From: a virus
Lineage: Duplodnaviria > Caudoviricetes
DNA: 64,000 bases
IMG/VR virus record: IMGVR_UViG_3300002220_006617
Coordinates: 63,666-127,665 of that record
Strand: one strand, 5' to 3'
In this document: positions 9,568 to 18,265 of the stretch, one piece after another
Numbering within the stretch: position 1 is the stretch's first letter
How the letters are laid out: the number at the start of each line of letters is the position of its first letter
The notes under the pieces: generated by a model
Seen by the model: the letters and a program-made list of their open reading frames with translations, nothing else
What the model was told of the DNA's origin: nothing
Database searches by the model: none
Program-made: the position numbers and the translations under genes

Positions 9568-10421
9568 CAGCAATCCTCCCGAAAGTCAAGATCTGGATTG
9601 ACCAGCCATTCAACAAGAAACTCGACCAGTCCCGGCATTCCGTTCTGAAATGGTACGGAACATCTAATGGGCAACCCGACGACAACGATTACTATTCCCC
9701 TCAAGAACACACTGCCATCTCATTCTCAGGCGGCAAAGATTCAACCGTTGTCCTGAGTCTAGTCCGGGACTACGTTGCACAGTTCGCGCTTGAAGACAAC
9801 GATCTTCGTCAAGCCAAAAAACACATGGCCAAAGTCAACGTCGTCTACGGCAACACCGGTGTCGAATATCCCGAGACTACCAAATTCGTACATATGCTCA
9901 GGGACCTCTGGGGATTCAACCTCATCGAACTCAAACCGGACCGGACCTTCTGGGACTGTGTCGATGAAACCGGCCTACCGGGCGGCAAAGACAAACGACC
10001 CAGCCGGAACGGCGATAAAACAGATATCTGCTGTTACTACCTCAAGGAAAAACCCATGCTAAAATGCATCAAAGACCGCGAGTTAAAAGTAGTCTATCTG
10101 GGAGTCACTGCACTCGAAAGCCGACAACGCATGATCAAAGCATCAACGCACGGCGACTGTTACATCGCCCAGAAATGGGGTGTCCGGAAAGTATTGCCGA
10201 TCCTCTACTGGTCAGAAAAAGAGGTCTGGTCCTACATTCACAAAAACAACATCCCGTTCAACCCGGTCTACCGCCGTAAATACGTCAAACGATGCGGATG
10301 CATGCCCTGCACGGCTCACAAAAACTGGAAAGAAGAAATCTGCAACGAGAAACCCAGCCTCTGTGCCAAAATCTTATCGATCATGGGCCAGAGTCAACTC
10401 CTCGAAACCCCGGTGATCTGA
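9564..10421 (+). CDS. PAPS-reductase-family (PP-loop) protein
   Basis: SFSGGKDS, NTGVEYPET, CCYYLKEKP, RCGCMPC. Confidence 0.88.
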   Translation: MTAILPKVKIWIDQPFNKKLDQSRHSVLKWYGTSNGQPDDNDYYSPQEHTAISFSGGKDSTVVLSLVRDYVAQFALEDNDLRQAKKHMAKVNVVYGNTGVEYPETTKFVHMLRDLWGFNLIELKPDRTFWDCVDETGLPGGKDKRPSRNGDKTDICCYYLKEKPMLKCIKDRELKVVYLGVTALESRQRMIKASTHGDCYIAQKWGVRKVLPILYWSEKEVWSYIHKNNIPFNPVYRRKYVKRCGCMPCTAHKNWKEEICNEKPSLCAKILSIMGQSQLLETPVI

Positions 10422-10454
10422 AAAAATTACCAAAAGGTACTCTCGATAATCATG
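10420..10454 (+). promoter_or_regulatory. AAAATTACCAAAAG element, copy 2
   Basis: gaaaaaattaccaaaaggtact upstream of ATG 10452. Confidence 0.7.
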
Positions 10455-10823
10455 ACTGAAATCACCATTGTTAACCTGCGGAACTGCCCCGGATTCGGAT
10501 CGCTGAAAGGAGATATCCGGATCGATCGCATGACTTCACTGGGCAATCCATTCCCGATCGGATCCTGCACTGAAAATGGCGTCGGTAAAGTCTACAGCCG
10601 CAAATCATGCATCGATCGATATGAAAAATACGTCTCCTACGCCGAACAGGTAGATGTCAGCGGCAAGAAATACGATGGTATGAAAGTCCGGCAAGCCATC
10701 AAGAAAATCCGGGAAGAGATCCGCGAGCATCCCGAGATGAACTACAGGCTTGGGTGTTGGTGCAGCCCCCTCAGATGCCATGGTGAAATTTTGAAAAACA
10801 GAATCCTCGATGGATGTGTCTGA
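10452..10823 (+). CDS. DUF4326-family protein
   Basis: IDRMTSLGNPF and LGCWCSPLRCHGEIL. Confidence 0.85.
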   Translation: MTEITIVNLRNCPGFGSLKGDIRIDRMTSLGNPFPIGSCTENGVGKVYSRKSCIDRYEKYVSYAEQVDVSGKKYDGMKVRQAIKKIREEIREHPEMNYRLGCWCSPLRCHGEILKNRILDGCV

Positions 10824-11035
10824 ACATGGCCCGCGGCCCCTTTTCAGATCTCCATTGCGGGTCAACCACGGCAGTCACAACCTTCACCATGGACGCCGTT
10901 CCCGCAAAATCAAGTGCAGAATATGACCATGAAATAAGAATCGCCAAACTTCCCCGTAAAATCAGGACCAAATCAGGCGAAACTATCTGGCTCAAATAAA
11001 GAGCCACCTTATTTCAATGTACCGGAGAACCACAG

Positions 11036-11587
11036 ATGACAACCACATACCTCCAAGAAATCTACGACCAGCAAATGGTCTTAAAACAAAAGGCTGAAAC
11101 CGAAATACCTTTTGTTGATGTACAGATAAAATCCATTGAATCCCAGCACCGGGACCTCATCGATCAAGCCCGGCCCATCCTGGCCAACCTCAAAGGACTC
11201 AACAACCACCTGAAAAACCTCAGGCACAAAGCCGGTAAAACCGCTCTGACCTTTCAATGTGCCCAATGCAACACACAAGTCAGTATCCCTCATACTGACC
11301 TTCTGAAAACCAATACAGAAGACGAAATCATCAAACTCGAGACCAGAATCCGCACGTTCCGGTGTTACGGCTGCGCCTACCAGGAAATCCAATCCCTCAT
11401 AAGAAAACGAGACCGGGATCTCGATGAACTCAAATTCAAAGAGACCGTCGCCAAACGCAACTACATCGAATCCCAACTCAAGTCCATCCTCAAACGCGAC
11501 GACGGCGGATCGTATATCATTGCCGAATCAGGCGAGAAGATCTATCTCAGCAACATTGCCAGCATCACCAAGGTCGAAAAACCATGA
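11036..11587 (+). CDS. Coiled-coil protein with zinc ribbon
   Basis: CAQC...CYGC between coiled segments. Confidence 0.6.
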   Translation: MTTTYLQEIYDQQMVLKQKAETEIPFVDVQIKSIESQHRDLIDQARPILANLKGLNNHLKNLRHKAGKTALTFQCAQCNTQVSIPHTDLLKTNTEDEIIKLETRIRTFRCYGCAYQEIQSLIRKRDRDLDELKFKETVAKRNYIESQLKSILKRDDGGSYIIAESGEKIYLSNIASITKVEKP

Positions 11588-12018
11588 TCTACAACACCAT
11601 CTTCAACAAACTCAATGCACTCGGGTTCCTCAATGTCTGGGACCATGCAACCCTCAAGGTTGAAGGCTTCATGCCACTCGAGATCGAGGTCCTCCGGAAG
11701 ACTGCTCCATTATCCAGCAACCCCTGGAAAATAATCTCCGTCATGCACTGGTATCTCCAGGAAGGCGACGTCATGCGAGATCCCGACATGGAAATCCGGG
11801 TCTACACAAACGCCAAAATTGCAGAGGCACTATCCTACCGGCAAGACGGCGTTCCCGGAGTCGGCACTATCTTCCAGGAAGTCTACCCGGAACCCGGCAA
11901 AATCAATCAAAAACACAAAAAAGAACTCAACGTCTTCCTCAACCAATGGCTGACGAACATTAAAGATCAGGGATTCAAATACCCGGAGTCAGAGGTAAAG
12001 AAAAATGACAGCGACTGA
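11584..12018 (+). CDS. DUF1249/DUF6908-like protein
   Basis: FMPLEIE, HWYLQEGDVMRDPDM, LNVFLNQWLTNIKDQG. Confidence 0.75.
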   Translation: MIYNTIFNKLNALGFLNVWDHATLKVEGFMPLEIEVLRKTAPLSSNPWKIISVMHWYLQEGDVMRDPDMEIRVYTNAKIAEALSYRQDGVPGVGTIFQEVYPEPGKINQKHKKELNVFLNQWLTNIKDQGFKYPESEVKKNDSD

Positions 12019-12406
12019 TCCCACTCAAGAACTCATGAAAGCATGCAAGATCTATCAGTCATGCCTGAACGAAGTCAACCGGAACCGGCTGGCTGCAGGA
12101 GATCCGCCAGTTGCATATCTCAACCCGATAGCCTGCAACTGCTGTATTGACCGGGACCACACGCTCGACGAAGTCAAAGAACGATTGGCCAACAGGAAAA
12201 TCAAAAGTACCTGTAAATGTCTTAATGACGACATCCCGCTCTGTCCCTACTGTGAACACAATGCAAGTCCGGGAGATACCTGCCCGGACGGATACCACGA
12301 AATCTGCAACGGCAATCCCGGTCACAAATGTCACAACTGCAAAGGCGACGATGCGCCGTTCGCAACATCATGCACCCACTGCGTATCAAAATGTACCCGA
12401 GGATAG
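12005..12406 (+). CDS. Cys/His-rich hypothetical protein
   Basis: Many Cys in CxxC-type motifs. Confidence 0.6.
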   Translation: MTATDPTQELMKACKIYQSCLNEVNRNRLAAGDPPVAYLNPIACNCCIDRDHTLDEVKERLANRKIKSTCKCLNDDIPLCPYCEHNASPGDTCPDGYHEICNGNPGHKCHNCKGDDAPFATSCTHCVSKCTRG

Positions 12407-12409
12407 ACC

Positions 12410-13309
12410 ATGCCAGAATTCAGAATTTTGTTCATTGACCCCCGCGGGGTCAACATCGAAGCGCCAACCGAACGAGAAGCAGTAGCGATCGTCATGGATC
12501 GGGAATGGGAACACGGAATGGACTGGAGTGACGGCAAAATCGAGATCATGTCAGTCGAGGAGATCTGATGATCCTCAACAAACGGGACCTCATCCACAAA
12601 CTCGACGGGTTAACCGTCAGACTTCGCTGTCAGGCCGGGGCATTCATTGCAATCGAAGGCGTCCCGGACTTCAACGCTGCTGACATCCGGCTCAACCGTC
12701 TCGGCAAATGCCTTGAAATGTCGAACTACCTTATCCTCATGGGAACTGACGGTCAGGAGATGACAGAAACCACAAAAGCCCATTACGACGAGTTCATCCG
12801 ATATCTCAACGAATGTCATCAGGCATTTGAAATAGGAAAGAAACCAGCATGATCAACTACTTCACCAAATCCGAAGCCCAGGCAAAGGTCGGTAAACGGG
12901 TCAAAACCAAAATTGAATTCTACCAGTTACCGGCCGGCACTACCGGGAAAGTCACCGGAATCTACAGTGGCTGGCGCAATGAAAGTGGAGTTGACATCAC
13001 CTGGAACCGTAATCCACCCATCACTGACGGCTTCTCCAAAGACGAATACGAAGAGTTCATCGAGGAACTGTCATGACCCCGGAAGAAGCCAAGAAAGTAG
13101 CGGCACTCATCTGGTATGCATCTCACGACAATGCAGACGCTCCAGTTGACTCAATGCTCGATGCAGTAGCGATCCTGCCTGAACTCAAACCTTACGCCAT
13201 TCTCCTCGCAAAGAAAGAATGGGACGTAAACCTCGAAATCCCTGAAGGTAATCAACCCGATCCTGAACTCACAGGACTCATTGAAGATTTATTCGAATGG
13301 ACCGCCTGA
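12410..13309 (+). CDS. Four small hypothetical ORFs (12410-12568, 12568-12852, 12849-13076 SH3-like, 13073-13309)
   Basis: Overlapping stop/start junctions; end of the early + strand operon. Confidence 0.55.
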
Positions 13310-13699
13310 GCCGCAGGCTCTAAAGAATAAAGGGGGCCCTCAAAGCCCCCGACAAGGTCCAGAATCGAGCCGTGTCTTTCATAATAAACAATAGAATACA
13401 CATCTACATGATAGGTTCACATCCTACAGTAGACATCCTAATGGGGCTGCCGCCCCCTTCAACCCCTGCTTCTCATCAATATCATCCTACCAACAACAAA
13501 CCAAATCCCACATCACCGCCTGAGACACCGAATATATATAAATGCCCTTATACTACTACAAACTTTCGCAGAAATACCAAATCTCAACAATACACCGATA
13601 ATTCACAGTCCAATCAGTAAAAACACCGCAAATTTGAGCCGGCACAAGCGGTTGGCTCTGCGGAATAGGGGCGGGCGGGTTCGCAAGGTAAGGCGGAGA

Positions 13700-14154
13700 C
13701 CGTTACAGTTTGGGCGATACCCTGTCATCCAGAGCACGGGCGGGCTCCGATCTACAGTTTGCCGGAGCATTATTGGCGGGATTCGCAATCGGGCTCTATT
13801 TTACAGTTTCCGGCAGGGACCTGGCAAAACTGTTACAATCAGACTGTTTCCGGGGCAGGGCCCTTTCACATGTTACCGTCTGAGGTTACAGTTTGTTACC
13901 GTCTGGCACCGTCTGTAACAAAAGAATGTTACAGTTTGTTACAGTCAGACTGTTACAGTTTGTTACAGTCAGGTGTAACCGTCGACACAGGCGGTAACAG
14001 TTGCGGGTGTAACCGTCGGAAGTGTAACAGGTGTAACCGTCGACACTGACGGTAACAGGAGAATGTTACCGTCTGACACCGTCTGTAACATTCAGGTGTA
14101 ACATTTTGTTACAGTGACTTTCGTTTAAGTGTAACAGTGTAACATTTTGTTACA
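13700..14154. repeat. Dense array of GTTAC/GTAAC (TGTTACA/TGTAACA) repeats in both orientations; candidate origin iterons, operator or centromere
   Basis: More than 25 pentamer cores; tgttacagtttgttacagtcag occurs twice; TGTAACATTTTGTTACA palindrome at 14097-14113 and 14138-14154. Confidence 0.85.
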
Positions 14155-14483
14155 TGACAAAAAGCAACGTCAAACGAATCACAGAAGACTCAGAAGCAAT
14201 TGCACTCAGTTACGGCCCGACAATCTCAGATGGCATCATTGCTATGGCAAATCTTATCGGAAAACCAACCCCGGCACCAACAGTTTCCGCGATACCGTCA
14301 CAACAGACAGTTTCTGGCGGGGACCTGGAAACCATCATCAGAAAGATAGTCCAGGAAGAGGGCGTCACCTTATCGCCGAAAGCAATTGAGACGGGCATCA
14401 TGCTCAGCAAGAAACAACGTGGGTTCTTCCAGAACCTCAATAATGCATTGATCATGGCCATGAGCCGTGAAAACAAAATCTGA
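14154..14483 (+). CDS. Putative ribbon-helix-helix DNA-binding protein
   Basis: N-terminal strand VKRI, helix TEDSEAIALSY, G, helix TISDGIIAMANL; promoter embedded in the repeat palindromes. Confidence 0.5.
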   Translation: MTKSNVKRITEDSEAIALSYGPTISDGIIAMANLIGKPTPAPTVSAIPSQQTVSGGDLETIIRKIVQEEGVTLSPKAIETGIMLSKKQRGFFQNLNNALIMAMSRENKI

Positions 14484-14738
14484 TTTTTTCAAGAATATAT
14501 CCAATAAAACCCGGGCCGCGAAAGACCGGGCGATTATCAAGAAGATCAGTCAAGCCGGCGAGTAAGTGTCACGGGTGACGATCAACGCTTTCAAGAATAG
14601 TCTCGCCTCAACCACAGTTTCCGGCTGCAGGAACCGACGGCCGGTTGGAGTGGGGATGCTCATCGCCATGGTTAAATACCCGATTACGCCAGCACCCAGA
14701 CGGACAGACCCGACAAAATTACCAAAAGCGACGAGTGT

Positions 14739-14951
14739 ATGGTATCAGAGCGTGTTGTTGTCCATGAAGATGGCTCGTTTGTGCGTGTGATCGATGAAGT
14801 TGCCTGGGTGGCTGGCAGATTGCGGTTTATATCCACTGTGTATCACTATGATTATCCGGAGCTCCTGTTCTCGCATGAATACTACCGCGCCGGCGTGGTT
14901 CCCGAGGTTGTTCTGGTGGGGGTCAAGTACGATCCTCCCCTCAGCTCCTGA
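14739..14951 (+). CDS. Small hypothetical protein after AAAATTACCAAAAG copy 3
   Basis: Motif at 14715-14728; ATG exactly 10 nt after it. Confidence 0.6.
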   Translation: MVSERVVVHEDGSFVRVIDEVAWVAGRLRFISTVYHYDYPELLFSHEYYRAGVVPEVVLVGVKYDPPLSS

Positions 14952-15059
14952 TTTATCCGGACTGTACGGACTAACGAGTGTCTCTCGAAAAAATTACCAA
15001 AAGGTACTTTCGAATGAGATCACGGTTTCGTCACATGATCTTGTTCAGGAAGTATTGAT

Positions 15060-15524
15060 ATGGAAACCACAGAACTCAACACCGGATCCGAATCGCAGAT
15101 GACCTTACCCGAAACCACCAACCCGCCCGCAGCAGCACCGGCGCTCAAGAACTCCCGTTGTGGCTTCATCTTCAAGAGCCAGTTCACGGACCCGACCAAG
15201 GCATTCGTTATCAAGGCTGACGGCGTCCCCGACATGTACATCAACGCAAATGGCGTGGTCTGGGCAAACGTGTTCAGCATCCCTGTCATCGATGGGAAAC
15301 TCGCTGACGTTGGTCGTTCAGAGCCAACCCCGTTCGACACCCTGCACTCCTCAAAGTCGGGAGAGACCGTGACCTTCAGGGCACTCGGGAACAACTACAT
15401 GATCAAGAAGGACAAATACAATCTGGTCAACGCGGGCCTTGAGCGCAATGCAATGGTCACCCGCCTGCCGATTGAGACCAAGACCCAGCGGGACGTTCGG
15501 CTGGCCAAGGAATCAGCAGCCTGA
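15060..15524 (+). CDS. Hypothetical beta-rich protein after motif copy 4
   Basis: Strongly biased codon usage; T-tract downstream. Confidence 0.7.
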   Translation: METTELNTGSESQMTLPETTNPPAAAPALKNSRCGFIFKSQFTDPTKAFVIKADGVPDMYINANGVVWANVFSIPVIDGKLADVGRSEPTPFDTLHSSKSGETVTFRALGNNYMIKKDKYNLVNAGLERNAMVTRLPIETKTQRDVRLAKESAA

Positions 15525-15707
15525 CCAATCCGCACCCTTTTTGCACGTCTCTCACACCTGTATGTCACCACACATTGATCCGTTCCCATCATGGAAATTG
15601 GGGGGCGGATCCTTCTTTTTTGTACTGCCATGACAGCGGGGCCCGATCCCCCGGCGCGCCTGGTCCTGATGAACCAGCCACTCTGGGGGACGACCCCCTA
15701 TGGTCCG

Positions 15708-15789
15708 GTTGGGGATAGTCGGGCCCTGCGTCCTGACAGTCGCAGACCCCTGGGCGGCGCTGATGCGCCGCTGTCAAGAACAACCCGTA
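15708..15789. repeat. 82-bp double-hairpin repeat, copy A (copy B at 17558-17639)
   Basis: 4 mismatches between copies; CTGCG..CGCAG and GCGGCGC-TGAT-GCGCCGC stems. Confidence 0.9.
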
Positions 15790-16176
15790 GTGATAGCCCA
15801 GACACATTCAATAAGAAGAATAAAACACTGACCCTGAAAACAATTATATACACCAACCGGTGGGAGAAGGTCATACCCTTAAATAAGAGAAACGATGTAT
15901 TTATATCCTGACACCGTCAATAATAGTATGTCTGCAAGGCTTTGTCACCTTGCGGCGCGATAGATCTATTCTCAATATAGTTCTGTCGTCTGTGATTCAT
16001 TCCGTTGCTGGAATAGCCAAGGACAACGGGCCGGCCACACAAACCTTTCGTTGCTGAAAAGGGGTCGGTCCGGAACTCCCTGAGCTGGTTTACTGTTACT
16101 TTCCTGGAGTGTCAACCTTCGTGCGATCGGAGGTCTGTTCTGTTCTTGGGGGCCGTCGCCCCCGCCACGAGGGCAT

Positions 16177-16260
16177 CCCCAGACGCCTTGCACCACGGGC
16201 TTCGCCACGAGCAAGTCTTTACAAGATGATGGAGGGCTGCCCGCCCCCCAAACCCCCTGG
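16177..16260. repeat. Structured repeat 2, copy A (copy B at 17880-17967)
   Basis: CCCAGACGCCTTGCACC-[variable insert]-AGCAAGTCTTTACAAGATKATGGAGGGCT..CCGCCCCCAAACC.CCTGG. Confidence 0.85.
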
Positions 16261-16342
16261 CCAAGGGGATCCCCCCTGGACCCCCGGGGCTGGCCGCAGG
16301 CCCACGAGTGCATTTGGAAAAATTACCAAAAGCAACGAGCGT

Positions 16343-16486
16343 ATGACGTCCTTTACAGGTGTTACGCAGCAGGTATTGACCTCAGACCACATGATGCAGC
16401 AGTTCCAGCAGATCTTCTCGTTCGATCTTCTGTTCGGGCTCAACCAGTTCGTTAGTTCAATCATCATGGTCTGCGGGTGGTTCTGA
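16343..16486 (+). CDS. 47-aa hydrophobic peptide A
   Basis: MTSFTGVTQQVLTSDHMMQQFQQIFSFDLLFGLNQFVSSIIMVCGWF; motif copy 5 ends 10 nt upstream. Confidence 0.65.
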   Translation: MTSFTGVTQQVLTSDHMMQQFQQIFSFDLLFGLNQFVSSIIMVCGWF

Positions 16487-17403
16487 TGGAGATCGGATTC
16501 TCCCAGAACCTCGATTACGATCGGGCGGTTATCCGCAAGCATGTGGGGCCCGCTACGGTTCACGGCAAATCGGTCAGCAGGGACAACAACCCCCGCCACG
16601 ACCTTTTCGTCTGCACAGATTGTGGCGATGTGAAATGTGATTCATGTCCGATTGACTGGGACAAGGTTACTCGGCAGCAGCGGGGGGTCTAATCATGATC
16701 ACTCCCGTCCGTTGTCCCAACTGTGGCAAACATTACATCCCCGACCTCGGTGAACGCAAACGGTACGACATGAACATCCAGCAGGAGTTCCCGAACGCGA
16801 CCAGCATCCAGCGGGAACAACTCATGACAGGTCTCTGCAGTGACCAGTGCTGGCAGGAATTCCTCGGACCTGAGCCTGAGGAGGATTTCTGTGAAGGATG
16901 CACTGCAGACTGCACCTTCTGCCCGCAGGCTGACGGGGAGAGTGCAGAATGATCATTGACGGGGACCAGCCTGTCAATAAGATCCTCGACCGGGCCAGCG
17001 AACCCCTTCCTGCCAAACCGTCAGGTGACGTGGTGGTTGGCTCATGATCGACTTCCAAGTCCCCTCCCATCTGGGGGGCCGGTTCACCAACATTTCCCAC
17101 GTCAGAATGCGGAGTTGCCAGACAGTCTGTTACGGTGACCCGTGTGACGGGGTGTGGAGTGGTGTTCCCGATGCCATCAGGCATCCAACGTTCACTCCCC
17201 GCCAAACGTTCCTCGCACTGCAGTCGATCTATGAATCACAACATCAGGACATCATAGCATTCGATATCTACGATGCCATGGAGCTCGAGTGCTGTGATCA
17301 CTGTCCAATAGCAGCAGACTGCTCAACACGACCGCGGGTGGATGGCGACATCGACTGCATCACCGTGCAGGACTGGGCTTACAGTCTGTTCAGGACGAAT
17401 TAA
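16486..17403 (+). CDS. Operon of small ORFs, three Cys-rich (16486-16692, 16695-16952, 16949-17047, 17044-17403)
   Basis: CxxC motifs in three of the four; TGATG/ATGA overlaps; T8 tract at about 17409. Confidence 0.6.
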
Positions 17404-17557
17404 TCACCTTTTTTTTATGTACGCTGGCGCTGTGCACTGGGGCTGGCCCTGATGGTCCCACCCCACGGGGTTATACGAGATGTCAACCCCCCAACCCCCC
17501 TCTCCAGGGGGGCTAGGCCATACGGTCCTGGACGGACCGATGGCCAAATGGTGTATT

Positions 17558-17639
17558 GTTGGGGGTAGTCGGGCCCTGCGTCCTGACGGCCGCAGACCCC
17601 TGGGCGGCGCTGATGCGCCGCTGTCAAGAACAAACCGTA
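17558..17639. repeat. 82-bp double-hairpin repeat, copy B
   Basis: Matches 15708-15789. Confidence 0.9.
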
Positions 17640-17879
17640 ACGGTAACCTGCCCCTGTCAAGAACAAACGGCAATTGTCAATAATAAACTTCAATTGTTCT
17701 CCGGACCCGAAGGGTCTAAAAAGGGATCAAGAATACCTGGGGATCGCATAAAGAACAAACTTAGTTGCTATATAGAGCATATCATCATCCTCACCCCCAT
17801 CCTCCCGGCACCCGGTTGTCAATCATAGAAGCACACATCTTTCCTTGGGGCCACGCCCCTGGCCCCAGCGAAGCGCCAA

Positions 17880-17967
17880 CCCCAGACGCCTTGCACCAGG
17901 GGGGCCCCACTGCCCCTCCAGCAAGTCTTTACAAGATTATGGAGGGCTCCGCCCCCAAACCGCCTGG
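17880..17967. repeat. Structured repeat 2, copy B
   Basis: Matches 16177-16260. Confidence 0.85.
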
Positions 17968-18002
17968 AGCGCAGTGGCAAAATTACCAAAAGCCATGAGC
18001 GC

Positions 18003-18146
18003 ATGACTACTACAGGCATAGCAACAGAATCGGTATCGCAGATGTGGATGCAGTATACACAGATGTTCAATGGCACAGTCATTGACCTCACCTGGCTCTC
18101 ACCCCTCACGGACTCACTCGTCGGGCTGCTGGGCATGGTGCTCTGA
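18003..18146 (+). CDS. 47-aa hydrophobic peptide B (likely paralog of peptide A)
   Basis: MTTTGIATESVSQMWMQYTQMFNGTVIDLTWLSPLTDSLVGLLGMVL; motif copy 6 ends 10 nt upstream; T7 tract follows. Confidence 0.65.
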   Translation: MTTTGIATESVSQMWMQYTQMFNGTVIDLTWLSPLTDSLVGLLGMVL

Positions 18147-18265
18147 CCCTTTTTTGCTGTACGGTTGATACGCAGGCATACCTTGGGCATACACCCTGCG
18201 AACTACGCAGACTGATGCCCTATTGCGAGTGTGCTTGGTTGAAAATTACCAAAAGCCTCGAGCGT

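Noticed and set aside
12436-12454. Palindrome TTGACCCC-CGC-GGGGTCAA
   Set aside because: Single occurrence inside a coding ORF with no supporting context
13700-14154. CRISPR or mini-CRISPR array
   Set aside because: Repeat cores are 5-8 bp, in mixed orientation, with no constant 25-40 bp repeat and unique spacers
15589-17998. Listed ORFs overlapping the hairpin repeats (e.g. 15591-15911, 15972-16313, 17404-17693, 17480-17828)
   Set aside because: Pro/Gly/Arg-rich translations of GC-rich structured DNA in several frames at once; probably non-coding
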